A stretch of 64,000 nt of DNA, from positions 21,989 through 85,988 of the forward strand of contig CBFHKV010000002.1 of the NCBI GenBank assembly GCA_965656505.1, given 5' to 3'. How positions within the stretch are numbered: position 1 is the first letter of the stretch; the number at the start of each line of letters is the position of its first letter. Below are positions 9,222 to 18,680 of the stretch, piece by piece. Under the pieces are notes generated by a model, which searched no databases, was not told the DNA's origin, and saw nothing but the letters and a program-made list of their open reading frames with translations. Source of the DNA: Burkholderiaceae bacterium. GTDB lineage: Bacteria > Pseudomonadota > Gammaproteobacteria > Burkholderiales > Burkholderiaceae_B. The position numbers and the translations under genes are program-made.

Positions 9222-9863
9222 ATGCTTGATCAAGTGCCTTCGGCCTCTAACACTTCGAAACGTCCCGTCTTGTACTCGTATCGACGCTGTCCGTACGCGA
9301 TGCGAGCACGCATGGCTTTGCGTTTGGCGGAGATACCGGTTTGTACGATTGATATCGACTTGCGCAATAAGCCGGCTGCCATGCTGCAGGCCTCACCCAA
9401 AGGCACGGTGCCTGTGCTGTGCTTGACCGATGGCCGAGTTTTGGATGAAAGCTTGGATATTGTATGTTGGGCGCTGAGCAGGCACGATCCGGCAAATTGG
9501 CTGCGTGCATGGGGTGAGCCGCATGAGACTGCCTTGCTTAAACAAACCGAGGGTGCGTTCAAACGGCATTTGGACCGTTACAAATACGCTTCACGATTTC
9601 CGGACCATGACCCGATCGAAGCCCGCAGTGCGGCGATGATAGCTTTGATCGACCCTTTATCTTTGCGTTTACAAAACTTGGCCTTTGTCGATGGTGATGT
9701 GCCGGGTGTGCACGATCTACTGATTTTTCCTTTTGTCCGGCAGTTTGCAGGCGTTGAGCCGCAATGGTTTGAGGCAACGGTTAGTGAGGTTGTGCGTCGT
9801 TGGTTGGGTTACTGGGTCGAAAGCCCCCTTTTTGTTAGTGTTATGAAAAAAGACCCAAAGTAA
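9222..9863 (+). CDS. Glutathione S-transferase-family protein
   Basis: 213 aa with a thioredoxin-like N-domain (LYSYRRCPYAMRARMAL...KGTVPVL). Confidence 0.7.
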   Translation: MLDQVPSASNTSKRPVLYSYRRCPYAMRARMALRLAEIPVCTIDIDLRNKPAAMLQASPKGTVPVLCLTDGRVLDESLDIVCWALSRHDPANWLRAWGEPHETALLKQTEGAFKRHLDRYKYASRFPDHDPIEARSAAMIALIDPLSLRLQNLAFVDGDVPGVHDLLIFPFVRQFAGVEPQWFEATVSEVVRRWLGYWVESPLFVSVMKKDPK

Positions 9864-10159
9864 TCACAGGTCAGTCGTGTAAGGTCAGTTAAGCCAGATC
9901 AGCATTGGGTTGTGTTGTGGGCCGTGTTTTACGGGTCTCGGGTGGCGATTGGGCAGCTAAAGCTTGCCTTGCCACGGGAATACCCCAGTAAAATCTGACG
10001 TCCGGTGGTGCTAGCATTCGTTGTCCTTGATTGATCGCTTAGTTACAGCTTGTGCTGTCGCTTAGGGATCTGAAAGTTTGATTATTTGACAGTGGTTGGT
10101 GGCGTTGGCGGTCAGTCTTTATGCGTCAACGCTTTTAAACACATAGCCGGAGACAACCT

Positions 10160-11203
10160 ATGAAAATGACTAAGAAACTTCTCGCATCAGCACTGGCGCT
10201 GAGCTTTACTGCCGTGGGCACCGCCGCACAGGCAGCCGAAGTCGAAGGCCCCAAAGTGGAATGGCGCTACTCCATGTGGGGTAATCCACGTGCCTTTACC
10301 GCCGGTTTGGAATATTTGGCTGAGCAAGTCAAAGAAAAGACAGGCGGTAACTTCACGATCAACATCGGCTACGGCGAGCAATATTCAAAAGCCCGTGAAA
10401 ACCTCGATAGCATCAAGCTCGGTGCGGTTGATGGCGCCTCATTTTGCAATTTCTATCACCCAGGCAAGAATCCCTCATTCATGGTTTTCTCATTGCCGTT
10501 CTTGCCTCTTGGTGACTGGAATGTGAACCTAGCCGTGCGTCAAAAAATGTTTGAGCACCCCGCGTTTGTGGCGGATATGGATCAGTGGAACGCCATGGTC
10601 TACGCTGGCGCCTTGATGCCTCAGTACGAATTCTTGGGCAATGGCCCACCACCACGCAAGCTCGAGGATTGGAAAGGCATGCGTGTGCGTGCCGGCGGCG
10701 GTATTGGTGATGCGATGGTCAAACTCGGTGCAGTCAAGCAAACCACCACAGCAACTGAGGTATATACCGCCATGCAGCGTGGCGCCATGGATGCGGCTTC
10801 TTTCCCGTATACCTACGCGCAAGCAGCCTACAAAATACCGGAAGTGTCAGAATGGTTTACCGCAAATATGTCTCCCGGTACGTCAGCTTGCCCGACTACG
10901 TTTAACAAGACCTCTTACGAGAAGTTGCCACCCCAGTACAAGCAGTTGCTGGAAGACCTGAAGCCTGAGGTCTATCGTGTGCAAGCCCAAGCTTATCAAG
11001 ACATTGATAAGATCAACTTGCCTAAGTTCAAAGCGCAACTTGAGGAAATTGTTTACACGCCTGATCAGTTGGCTGAGTTCAAGGAAGTAGCCGCTGAGCC
11101 GGTATGGGCCGAGTGGGTTGAAGCCAACAAAGACAAGTTCGATGGTCAACAAATTATTGACCAGATCCTGCAAATTGCAGCTGAAACACCAAAGCAAAAA
11201 TAA
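10160..11203 (+). CDS. TRAP transporter substrate-binding protein (DctP family)
   Basis: 347 aa with a signal peptide ending AAQA. It is followed by the small and large TRAP permease genes. Confidence 0.8.
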   Translation: MKMTKKLLASALALSFTAVGTAAQAAEVEGPKVEWRYSMWGNPRAFTAGLEYLAEQVKEKTGGNFTINIGYGEQYSKARENLDSIKLGAVDGASFCNFYHPGKNPSFMVFSLPFLPLGDWNVNLAVRQKMFEHPAFVADMDQWNAMVYAGALMPQYEFLGNGPPPRKLEDWKGMRVRAGGGIGDAMVKLGAVKQTTTATEVYTAMQRGAMDAASFPYTYAQAAYKIPEVSEWFTANMSPGTSACPTTFNKTSYEKLPPQYKQLLEDLKPEVYRVQAQAYQDIDKINLPKFKAQLEEIVYTPDQLAEFKEVAAEPVWAEWVEANKDKFDGQQIIDQILQIAAETPKQK

Positions 11204-11305
11204 AAAAAATATAGTAGCACCCAATCAACTCGCGTGACCCCGTAACCCCGTGGCACGCGAGTTGATTGATTTGATGACTATTCACAAATCATTAGCAGCG
11301 ATTGT

Positions 11306-11932
11306 ATGCAAACTCAAACGACAACCACACCCGCTAATGGGCCTGCAGGCTTGATCTGGGCTGATAAGTGGCTGACAAAAGTGGAAGATTTCTTCGCTTT
11401 GTTGGCAGCCATCACGATCTTTTTCTTGATGGTATTGGGCATCTGGCAGGTGCTTGGCCGCCACCTTGTCAATAGACCGTTTACGGGCTACATCGACGTG
11501 GTCGAGTTGTCGATGGCTGCTTTCGCCTTTTTGGCGGTGGCCTACTGTCAGCGCGTCGGTGGGCATGTTCGAATGGATTTGTTTGTGCGTTTGGTCCATG
11601 GGCGAGTGCGCTGGTTTTTAGAATTCCTGACCACCATGGTGCCGATGATTTTGGTGGCGGCACTGATTTACTACGGTTGGGAACATTTTGTCCGAGCCTA
11701 CGATAGCGGTGACAGCACCATTGATATGGAATATAAGGTTTGGCCCTCTAAGCTCTTGGTGCCCATTTCTTTCGTTGTGCTCTTTCTGAGGATGGCGATT
11801 CAAACCATCGGTTACGGTCGTTTGTTAGTGAATCCAGACAGTGAACCCTTTGCGGTGCCTTTGATTCTCACAGAAGAAGATTTGGCTAAAAAAGAAATTG
11901 AGGATTCTAAAGGGGGCAACGATCGTGGATAG
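11306..11932 (+). CDS. TRAP transporter small permease (DctQ family)
   Basis: 208 aa with four hydrophobic segments. It sits between the binding-protein gene and the large permease gene. Confidence 0.75.
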   Translation: MQTQTTTTPANGPAGLIWADKWLTKVEDFFALLAAITIFFLMVLGIWQVLGRHLVNRPFTGYIDVVELSMAAFAFLAVAYCQRVGGHVRMDLFVRLVHGRVRWFLEFLTTMVPMILVAALIYYGWEHFVRAYDSGDSTIDMEYKVWPSKLLVPISFVVLFLRMAIQTIGYGRLLVNPDSEPFAVPLILTEEDLAKKEIEDSKGGNDRG

Positions 11933-13229
11933 TTTTAGCATTGGTATTGTCGGCGTTATCGCCCTAGTCCTCATGGTCTTCATGGGCATGCGTGTCTATT
12001 TGGCCGCCGCATTGGTCGGTACGTTGGGGCTGGTTGCCATCATCGGTTGGGAATCAGGCTTGGGTTTGGCCGGTACCATCCCACACTCCAAAGCGGTGAC
12101 TTATTCGCTGAGTGTTTTGCCGATGTTTATTTTGATCGGTTTCTTGGCGTTTCACGCCGGCATCACGGAGTCTTTATTTGATGCCGGGCGCAAGTGGTTG
12201 GGCTGGTTGCCTGGCGGTCTTGCCGTTGCCACAGTGATGGCTGCGACCGGTTTTGCGGCTGTGTCTGGGGCCAGTACGGCAACCGCTGCGGTCTTTGCGA
12301 GGGTCGCTGTACCGGATATGTTGAAGTTCGGTTATGACCGGACCTTGGCCGCGGGTGTAGTCGCTGCCGGGGGCACTTTGGCCACGCTCATTCCGCCGAG
12401 CGCCATTCTGGTGATCTACGCCATTATCGTGGAAGAGTCAGTTGGTGCGTTGCTTGTGGCGGGTTTCCTGCCTGGAATCACCTCGGCATTGATTTACGTG
12501 GCGCTGATTATTGGTATGGCGAAGTTTAAGCCCAGCTTGGGTCGCCCGATCACCGGCTTTTCTTGGGGCGACCGAATGAAGTCGTTGCCAGGGACATTCC
12601 CCATCTTTCTGGTTGTCATCATTATCTTCACCGCGATGTACGAAGGCTGGGCGACACCGACTGAGGCTGGTGCACTAGGCGCGGCCGTCGTTTTTGTGAT
12701 GGCAATGATCAAGGGTATGAAAGTCGCGACGTTGCGCGACGCACTTTTGGAAACAGCCAAGCTAACTGTGATGATTTTCTCAATCATTTGGGGAGTGTTG
12801 GTTTTTGTGCGATTCCTCGGTTTCGCTGGGTTGCCGGACGCTTTCGCAAAGTGGATTGTGTCTTTGCCGTTTGAGCCGATCTATATCTTGATCGGTATCC
12901 TCTTGTTCTATGCGCTCTTGGGCATGTTCATGGACGCTATCGGCATGCTGTTGCTGACCTTACCTGTGGTTTACCCAGCGGTGATTGCGTTAGGCTACGA
13001 TCCGATTTGGTTCGGCATCATCGTTGTCAAGATGGCTGAAATCTGCTTGATCACACCGCCCATTGGCTTGAACTGCTTTGTGGTCAATGGCGTAAGACCA
13101 GATATCCCACTGAATCAGGTTTTCAAAGGCGTTGGACCATTCTTCCTCGCTGATGTGGCAACTATTGCGGTGTTGATTGCATTCCCGCAAATCGTTACTT
13201 GGTTGCCTCAGATGATGAATATGGGTTAA
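11925..13229 (+). CDS. TRAP transporter large permease (DctM family)
   Basis: Polytopic ORF. I chose the GTG at 11925 because it is preceded by an AAGGGGG RBS and overlaps the dctQ stop. The track ORF begins at a TTG at 11898. Confidence 0.85.
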   Translation: MDSFSIGIVGVIALVLMVFMGMRVYLAAALVGTLGLVAIIGWESGLGLAGTIPHSKAVTYSLSVLPMFILIGFLAFHAGITESLFDAGRKWLGWLPGGLAVATVMAATGFAAVSGASTATAAVFARVAVPDMLKFGYDRTLAAGVVAAGGTLATLIPPSAILVIYAIIVEESVGALLVAGFLPGITSALIYVALIIGMAKFKPSLGRPITGFSWGDRMKSLPGTFPIFLVVIIIFTAMYEGWATPTEAGALGAAVVFVMAMIKGMKVATLRDALLETAKLTVMIFSIIWGVLVFVRFLGFAGLPDAFAKWIVSLPFEPIYILIGILLFYALLGMFMDAIGMLLLTLPVVYPAVIALGYDPIWFGIIVVKMAEICLITPPIGLNCFVVNGVRPDIPLNQVFKGVGPFFLADVATIAVLIAFPQIVTWLPQMMNMG

Positions 13230-13294
13230 GGCCAGACGGACTCGATGTCTTGCGGTGAAAGGGTTCGTGCTTTCACCGCAAAAAAGCAAAATAT

Positions 13295-13328
13295 CAAAAA
13301 AGCCAGCAAGAAAATTGCTGGCTTTTTT
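13295..13328. terminator. Bidirectional Rho-independent terminator between the TRAP operon and xdhC
   Basis: AAAAAA-GCCAGCAA-gaaaa-TTGCTGGC-TTTTTT, a perfect stem flanked by an A-run and a T-run. Confidence 0.85.
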
Positions 13329-13384
13329 ATTATTTGACAGGTTTTCTGTCGCTAAATCAGTCGCCAAATGAATAGTCAGTCCGT

Positions 13385-14428
13385 CTAAGGCAGAGCCTCC
13401 TGACTTGACTTGGCGTGGCCAACCGCCATTTCCTGGGGCAAGTCAATGCCGTTTTTGACAGCAAGTACTTCAGCCATGACACTGACAGCAATCTCGGCAG
13501 GGGTTTTACTGCCGATATAGACCCCGATGGGGCCGCGCAAACGAGCGAGCGATTGTTCGGTTTGTTCAAAATGCGTGATCATTCGTTCTCGCCTGGCCGC
13601 GTTGTTGGCTCTGGAGCCAATGGCTCCAATATAAAAGGCGTCCGTCTCAAGGGCTTCTAAGAGCGCCAGATCGTCTAGTTTCGGGTCGTGTGTGAGTGCC
13701 AACACGCAGGTGCGTTGATCCGGTTTGAATTTTTTGACCGCGTCATCAGGCCAGTCGTCCATTTTCGCGATGCCGGTCGTGGTCCAGCTGCTGGCGTATT
13801 CTTGGCGGGGATCGCATACGGTGACAGAAAAGCCGTTAAAGACGGCCATGGTGGCGATATACTCACCGAGTTGACCCGCACCAATCAATAACATCCGGTA
13901 AGACGGCCCAAAGGTGTTGATCATGCGCTCATCATTGATCTTTAAGCTCGTTGGCTTGTCACTTGGGGTCAAAGACACGGCCCCATCCGCTAAGCGTGTT
14001 TGTCTTTGCATCAACTGCCCAGCGTCTAGGGCGGTGATCAGTTGCTGCAGAGCGTCAACGTCCGGGTTGAACTCCAAAATCAGCTCAAGTGTGCCGCCGC
14101 AGGGCAGTCCAAATCGGTGGGCCTCATCGGCTGTGATGCCATACTTCATGCGCTTGGGCGGCCCGTCAATGGCTGATACGGCGGCATCACCTGAATCTGC
14201 TGGTTGGGTGAACTCACGGATCAAGTCGTCTTCAATGCAACCGCCTGATACCGAACCCACCACAGCGCCGCTCTGTGCCATGGCCATAATGGAACCCACC
14301 GGCCTTGGTGACGAGCCCCACGTACGGGTCACGGTCACTAGAACAGCGCGCAAACCTTGCATGCGCCATTCTAGTAGACGCTTAAGGACGATATGATCTT
14401 GATTCTGCATGGCGCGACTCCTAGTCAC
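13385..14428 (-). CDS. XdhC/CoxI-family molybdoenzyme maturation factor
   Basis: 347 aa with an XdhC_CoxI-like N-domain (RAVLVTVTRTWGSSPRPVGS) and a Rossmann-like C-domain (MLLIGAGQLGEYIA). Confidence 0.8.
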   Translation of the reverse strand: MTRSRAMQNQDHIVLKRLLEWRMQGLRAVLVTVTRTWGSSPRPVGSIMAMAQSGAVVGSVSGGCIEDDLIREFTQPADSGDAAVSAIDGPPKRMKYGITADEAHRFGLPCGGTLELILEFNPDVDALQQLITALDAGQLMQRQTRLADGAVSLTPSDKPTSLKINDERMINTFGPSYRMLLIGAGQLGEYIATMAVFNGFSVTVCDPRQEYASSWTTTGIAKMDDWPDDAVKKFKPDQRTCVLALTHDPKLDDLALLEALETDAFYIGAIGSRANNAARRERMITHFEQTEQSLARLRGPIGVYIGSKTPAEIAVSVMAEVLAVKNGIDLPQEMAVGHAKSSQEALP

Positions 14429-14469
14429 AATAACGGGACACGGCGGGTGCAGGAATTAGGACGTAGACG

Positions 14470-14898
14470 CTAAGTACCCGTGCCGTTGGCGTAAACCGCA
14501 ATAGCAACGGCGGCGGCGATCGCGATCCATAGCCAGCGTGCAATACCACCTTTAGCAGCGGGCTGTTCGGCGTGAGTGTTGGTCTCAGCGGTCTCATTAG
14601 CTGCAGACCCTGATTCTACCGCGCTCGATTCAGCATTGTTCCTGTCGGCAAGTACTTTTTCAAATCGTTTAAAAAAATCATCTGCCATTGATCTCGCGGC
14701 ACCGTCAATCAAACGCTGTCCCAGTTGAGCGAGTTTGCCACCGATTTGAGACGCAACGGTGTAGTTCAATACCACCCCTTGCTCATTTTCTGTCAAGGAA
14801 ACATGTGACACGTCCTTGCCGTGCCCGGCAACACCGCCTTGTGCTTCAAAGTTCAAGTTGTATCGGTGTGGCGGCTCGGCATAAGCACCGACGAGCGA
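14470..14898 (-). pseudogene. N-terminally truncated coxG (SRPBCC carbon-monoxide-dehydrogenase subunit G family) remnant with a C-terminal TM tail
   Basis: It matches only the C-terminal half of CoxG proteins (AEPPHRYNLNFEAQGG...GGKLAQLGQRLIDGAARSMADDFFKRF). The homology continues upstream of the TTG at 14856, up to the TGA of floA-2 at 14899-14901. Confidence 0.6.
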
Positions 14899-15804
14899 TC
14901 AGGTTGGCAGCTGCTCTGCACTTAGAATCCGGCCTGCACGGAATGCCTCAGACATGGCACGTGGCACTTCGGCTTCGGCTTCAACGACACGTGCGCGCAT
15001 TTCTTGCTCTAGCGCGACGGCCATGGCCCTTCTTTCCTCGGCCTTGGCTTGTGCGATTTGCTTATCAGCGTTGGCTTGTTCGATTTGCAGGGCAGCGCCA
15101 ATATTTTTACCCACATCAATATCGGCGATGTCGATAGAAAGAATTTCGTAGGCCGTACCGGCGTCCAAGCCATTGGACAGGATGCGCTTGGAAATGCTGT
15201 CGGGTTTCTCGAGCACGTCTTTGTGATTACTTGCGGAGCCAATGGCGCTCACCATGCCTTCGCCAACACGTGCAATCACGGTTTCCTCACCGGCACCACC
15301 GACAAGCCGATCGAGGTTGGTGCGAACGGTCACTCGAGCGACCCCGATGAGCTGAATACCATCTTGGGCAACCGCGGCGTTTCGTGGTGTCTGTATGACT
15401 TTGGGTAAGACTGACATTTGCACCGCATCCAAGACGTTGCGGCCAGCCAAGTCAATGGCGGCTGCTTTATTGAATGTCAATTCGATGTTGGCCTTGTCCG
15501 CAGAGATAATGGCGTTGACCACGTCCACGACGTTACCGCCGGCTAAGAAGTGACTTTCAAGCTCATCTAGCGGGATATTTAAGCCTGCTTTTACTGAACT
15601 GATTCTGGCTTTGACAATGCTGTGCGGCGGCACACGGCGCAGGCGCATGGCCACCAGTGTTAAGAGACCAACATAAGCGCCTGAGGCCCAAGCGGTGATC
15701 CAGAGCCGGAAGGGGACAAAATACCCAATCAAGGCGATCAGTACCACCAGAACAATGAGCAGCCCGAGGAAGCTGGTACCCGCAAGCATGTCTAAGATTT
15801 CCAT
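14899..15804 (-). CDS. floA: Flotillin-like protein FloA paralog (floA-2), C-terminally truncated, without an NfeD partner
   Basis: 301 aa, collinear with B. subtilis YqfA/FloA and with floA-1. By hand alignment it is roughly 80% identical to floA-1 over the shared core. Homology stops after ...SEAFRAGR, so the conserved last 35 or so residues are absent. Confidence 0.8.
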   Translation of the reverse strand: MEILDMLAGTSFLGLLIVLVVLIALIGYFVPFRLWITAWASGAYVGLLTLVAMRLRRVPPHSIVKARISSVKAGLNIPLDELESHFLAGGNVVDVVNAIISADKANIELTFNKAAAIDLAGRNVLDAVQMSVLPKVIQTPRNAAVAQDGIQLIGVARVTVRTNLDRLVGGAGEETVIARVGEGMVSAIGSASNHKDVLEKPDSISKRILSNGLDAGTAYEILSIDIADIDVGKNIGAALQIEQANADKQIAQAKAEERRAMAVALEQEMRARVVEAEAEVPRAMSEAFRAGRILSAEQLPT

Positions 15805-16171
15805 AAGTACTCCGATAACGTCGTCATCTGTCTTGCTAGACGAAGGGGTGGGTGCAATCGCGGCACGGTTTGACAGATTGTCAGCTGATGCAGCCTTTGC
15901 TCTGGTTATAGGGGAAACAGCCCCTCATATCGTCTCTAATCACATCGTACCCGACAATGCGTCTTTCAGGGCTTTTTTGAGTGCTTTTGTGGGCCTATTG
16001 CGTGGGTCTATTGCGTGGTTTTCAAAGCACCTGCGTAAAGCTATTTAGCCCACCCATTTATAAACAAGTGCAGCTTAGCCTTCATGAAAGCGGTGACCAT
16101 CGGCCTGACTTGTGTTTCAGTTGTTTAAATGGCGACAATAAGGTTTTATCTAACCCCATCAGGAGAGGATC

Positions 16172-17005
16172 ATGACAAATTCGATCGAGCCGCTTGCGCA
16201 GCTTGAGGTTGGCAACGGCACGGTACTGTGTGAGATGAATGCCCGGGGTGTGGGTATCGTGACGCTGAACCGACCAAAAGTGAATAACGCCTACAACGGC
16301 GATATGATCGCGGGCCTTCATGAAGCCATGGACTTGCTATCTAAACAGTCAGGGCTGCGGGTGGTTTTGCTTAAAGGCAATGGCAAGCACTTTCAGGCGG
16401 GGGCCGATCTGGCTTGGATCAACGAGCAAGGCAAACTGGGTCCTGATGCCAACGTGGCGGCTTCGCGTGCCACTGCCGAAGTGGTCCGTCGTTTAAACGA
16501 ATTGCCCCTCCCTACGGTGGCGATGATTCAGGGCGGCTGCTTTGGTGGCGGTACCGGTGTGGCGGCGTCTTGCGACGTGGTCGTGGCGGCTGACAATGCG
16601 ATGTTTGCCATCACTGAAGCGCGTTGGGGTCTGGTCGCTGGCATTATCTTTCCGCAGTTGGTTCAAGCCATTGGCGTGCGTAACTTGCGTCGTTACGCTT
16701 TGACGTGTGAGCGTATCAACGTTGATCAGGCCTTAAATATGGGTTTCGTGCATGAAGTGTGTCCACTTGACCAGCTGGAAGAAACGGCCATGAAAGTGGT
16801 TGATGCTTTGTTGATGAGTGGACCGCAAGCCGTAGCCGACAGCAAGCGCTTGGCGCTTGAAGTGGCAAAGGCTTATTTTCCTGATGAATTGTTTGAGTCG
16901 TTGGTGGGGCAACATGCCGCGACTAGGCGGTCGAGCGAAGCCGCTGAAGGAACCCAATCTTTCTTGGAGAAACGATTGCCAAGTTGGTACCCTCAGCCGT
17001 CCTAA
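16172..17005 (+). CDS. Enoyl-CoA hydratase/isomerase (crotonase) family protein, methylglutaconyl-CoA-hydratase-like
   Basis: 277 aa with crotonase motifs (LNRPKVNNAY, GNGKHFQAGADL, GGCFGGG) and an AGGAGAGG RBS. Confidence 0.8.
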   Translation: MTNSIEPLAQLEVGNGTVLCEMNARGVGIVTLNRPKVNNAYNGDMIAGLHEAMDLLSKQSGLRVVLLKGNGKHFQAGADLAWINEQGKLGPDANVAASRATAEVVRRLNELPLPTVAMIQGGCFGGGTGVAASCDVVVAADNAMFAITEARWGLVAGIIFPQLVQAIGVRNLRRYALTCERINVDQALNMGFVHEVCPLDQLEETAMKVVDALLMSGPQAVADSKRLALEVAKAYFPDELFESLVGQHAATRRSSEAAEGTQSFLEKRLPSWYPQPS

Positions 17006-17054
17006 TCAAGACGACCTTAAAGAGTCGAACAGGTCGGTTTAACCAACTCGTTTT

Positions 17055-17678
17055 TTAATCGACTCGTTTTGCAGCGCCCAGTGTGGTGCTTCGCATGGGA
17101 TCCGACACATAAGGATCCAATGCGCGAGGCGGACCTAAAACGGTCATCGCAGCCACGGCCTGGCGCAAACCCTGTTGCGAGCGAAATTGTTGGACCAAGG
17201 GCGACTGTTGACTGTCACCAAGCCGGTAAGCTGACTGGTGCTTTCTGGTTGTGGTGGTTCTGGTGACAACAGGCGCAGTCGTATTGTGAACCGGCGCTGG
17301 TTTGGGTTGCGGTGTCTGATATTGGTAATCAGGGAAAAGAGGCGCGGGCGTATCATCAGCCGAATCTCTTGGGTCTTGCTCGAAAATATCGGGCCTAGAG
17401 CGTTCGCGTTCGCGCTCTCGCTCTGCATCCCGCCCAAAATCCGTTGAAAGCGATTCTTGATCGCGAGCGTTGTTATGACTGTCTTCGGCAGGCGGTAAGG
17501 GTAGGTCTTTGAGTGTGCGGGCGTCTTTGTTCGCCTTAAAGAGGATATAAGCCAAGAACCCCAAAAAAGCGGTGACGGGGAGCGGAAACCCAAGCAAATA
17601 TGACACCACCGCCAACCCGGCGAAGATAATGCCGGGGTTGGACTTCTTGCCCTTTTTAGATTGCGCTTTAGAGGCCAT
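17055..17678 (-). CDS. Hypothetical membrane-anchored, largely disordered protein
   Basis: 207 aa with a basic N-terminus, two hydrophobic segments and then low-complexity sequence (RERERERS, a P/Q/T-rich stretch). It starts 19 nt downstream of floA-1 on the same strand. Confidence 0.5.
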   Translation of the reverse strand: MASKAQSKKGKKSNPGIIFAGLAVVSYLLGFPLPVTAFLGFLAYILFKANKDARTLKDLPLPPAEDSHNNARDQESLSTDFGRDAERERERERSRPDIFEQDPRDSADDTPAPLFPDYQYQTPQPKPAPVHNTTAPVVTRTTTTRKHQSAYRLGDSQQSPLVQQFRSQQGLRQAVAAMTVLGPPRALDPYVSDPMRSTTLGAAKRVD

Positions 17679-17696
17679 GTCGGTGATGCCTACGGT

Positions 17697-18680
17697 TTAG
17701 AGTTTGGGCGTGCTTGGGGTGCTGTCTGAGGGTCCGCCCGCGATGTTTTCTCGCATGTCGGTATCGGCTTGCAAGTTTTGCATGCGGTAGTAGTCCATGA
17801 TGCCGAGCTTGCCGCTACGGAACGCTTCCGACATTGCCAGAGGGACTTCTGCTTCGGCTTCAACCACTTTGGCTCGCATTTCTTGCTCTTTGGCCACGGC
17901 CATCGCGCGTCGTTCTTCGGCTTTGGCTTGGGCAATTTGTTTGTCAGCGTTGGCTTGATCAATTTGAAGTTTGGCACCAATATTTTCACCCACATCGACA
18001 TCGGCGATATCGATCGAGAGGATTTCATAGGCCGTACCGGCATCAAGCCCTTTGCCCAGGATGTGCTTGGAAATATTGTCTGGGTTTTCCAAAACGGTCT
18101 TGTGATTGCCTGCTGAGCCGATGGTACTGACCATACCCTCACCAACGCGGGCAATGATGGTTTCTTCACCGGCGCCGCCAACCAGGCGGTCAATATTTGT
18201 TCTTACCGTGACTCGTGCCAAACAAACCAGTTGGATACCGTCTCGGGCGACGGCAATAATGCGAGGTGTTTCAATCACTTTGGGTAAGACGGACATCTGA
18301 ACCGCTTCGAGCACGTCTCGGCCAGCAAGATCAATGGCTGCCGCGCGTTTGAAGTTCAGCCCGATGTTGGCTTTGTCCGCTGAAATCATGGCGTTGACCA
18401 CGCGCATGACATCGCCACCCGCCAAAAAGTGAGCTTCTAAATCATTCACTGTCAGGTGAAGGCCTGCTTTCACGGAGCTGATACGCGCGGTCACAATCGT
18501 GTGGGGAGGTACGCGTCGCAACCGCATCGCCACAAGCGTGAATAAACCGACGTAAGCGCCTGATGCCCATGCGGCTATCCAGAGCGGGATCGGGACGAGA
18601 TACAGGATAATGACGAAGGCTATAACAACCGGAATCAAAATCCCGAAAGCGCCAAAAATCCCTAGGATTTGCTCAATCAT
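17697..18680 (-). CDS. floA: Flotillin-like protein FloA (UPF0365/YqfA family), full length
   Basis: 327 aa, collinear with B. subtilis FloA through the C-terminal ...[18 protein letters not shown] segment. Its start overlaps the nfeD stop (ATGA). Confidence 0.9.
   Translation of the reverse strand: MIEQILGIFGAFGILIPVVIAFVIILYLVPIPLWIAAWASGAYVGLFTLVAMRLRRVPPHTIVTARISSVKAGLHLTVNDLEAHFLAGGDVMRVVNAMISADKANIGLNFKRAAAIDLAGRDVLEAVQMSVLPKVIETPRIIAVARDGIQLVCLARVTVRTNIDRLVGGAGEETIIARVGEGMVSTIGSAGNHKTVLENPDNISKHILGKGLDAGTAYEILSIDIADVDVGENIGAKLQIDQANADKQIAQAKAEERRAMAVAKEQEMRAKVVEAEAEVPLAMSEAFRSGKLGIMDYYRMQNLQADTDMRENIAGGPSDSTPSTPKL

Noticed and set aside
13251-13280. Hairpin TGCGGTGAAAG-N8-CTTTCACCGCA after the TRAP large permease gene.
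   Set aside because: It is a real stem, but it has an A-run rather than a U-run on its 3' side for the plus strand. It also has the wrong polarity for the minus strand. The adjacent hairpin at 13295-13328 is the canonical bidirectional terminator.
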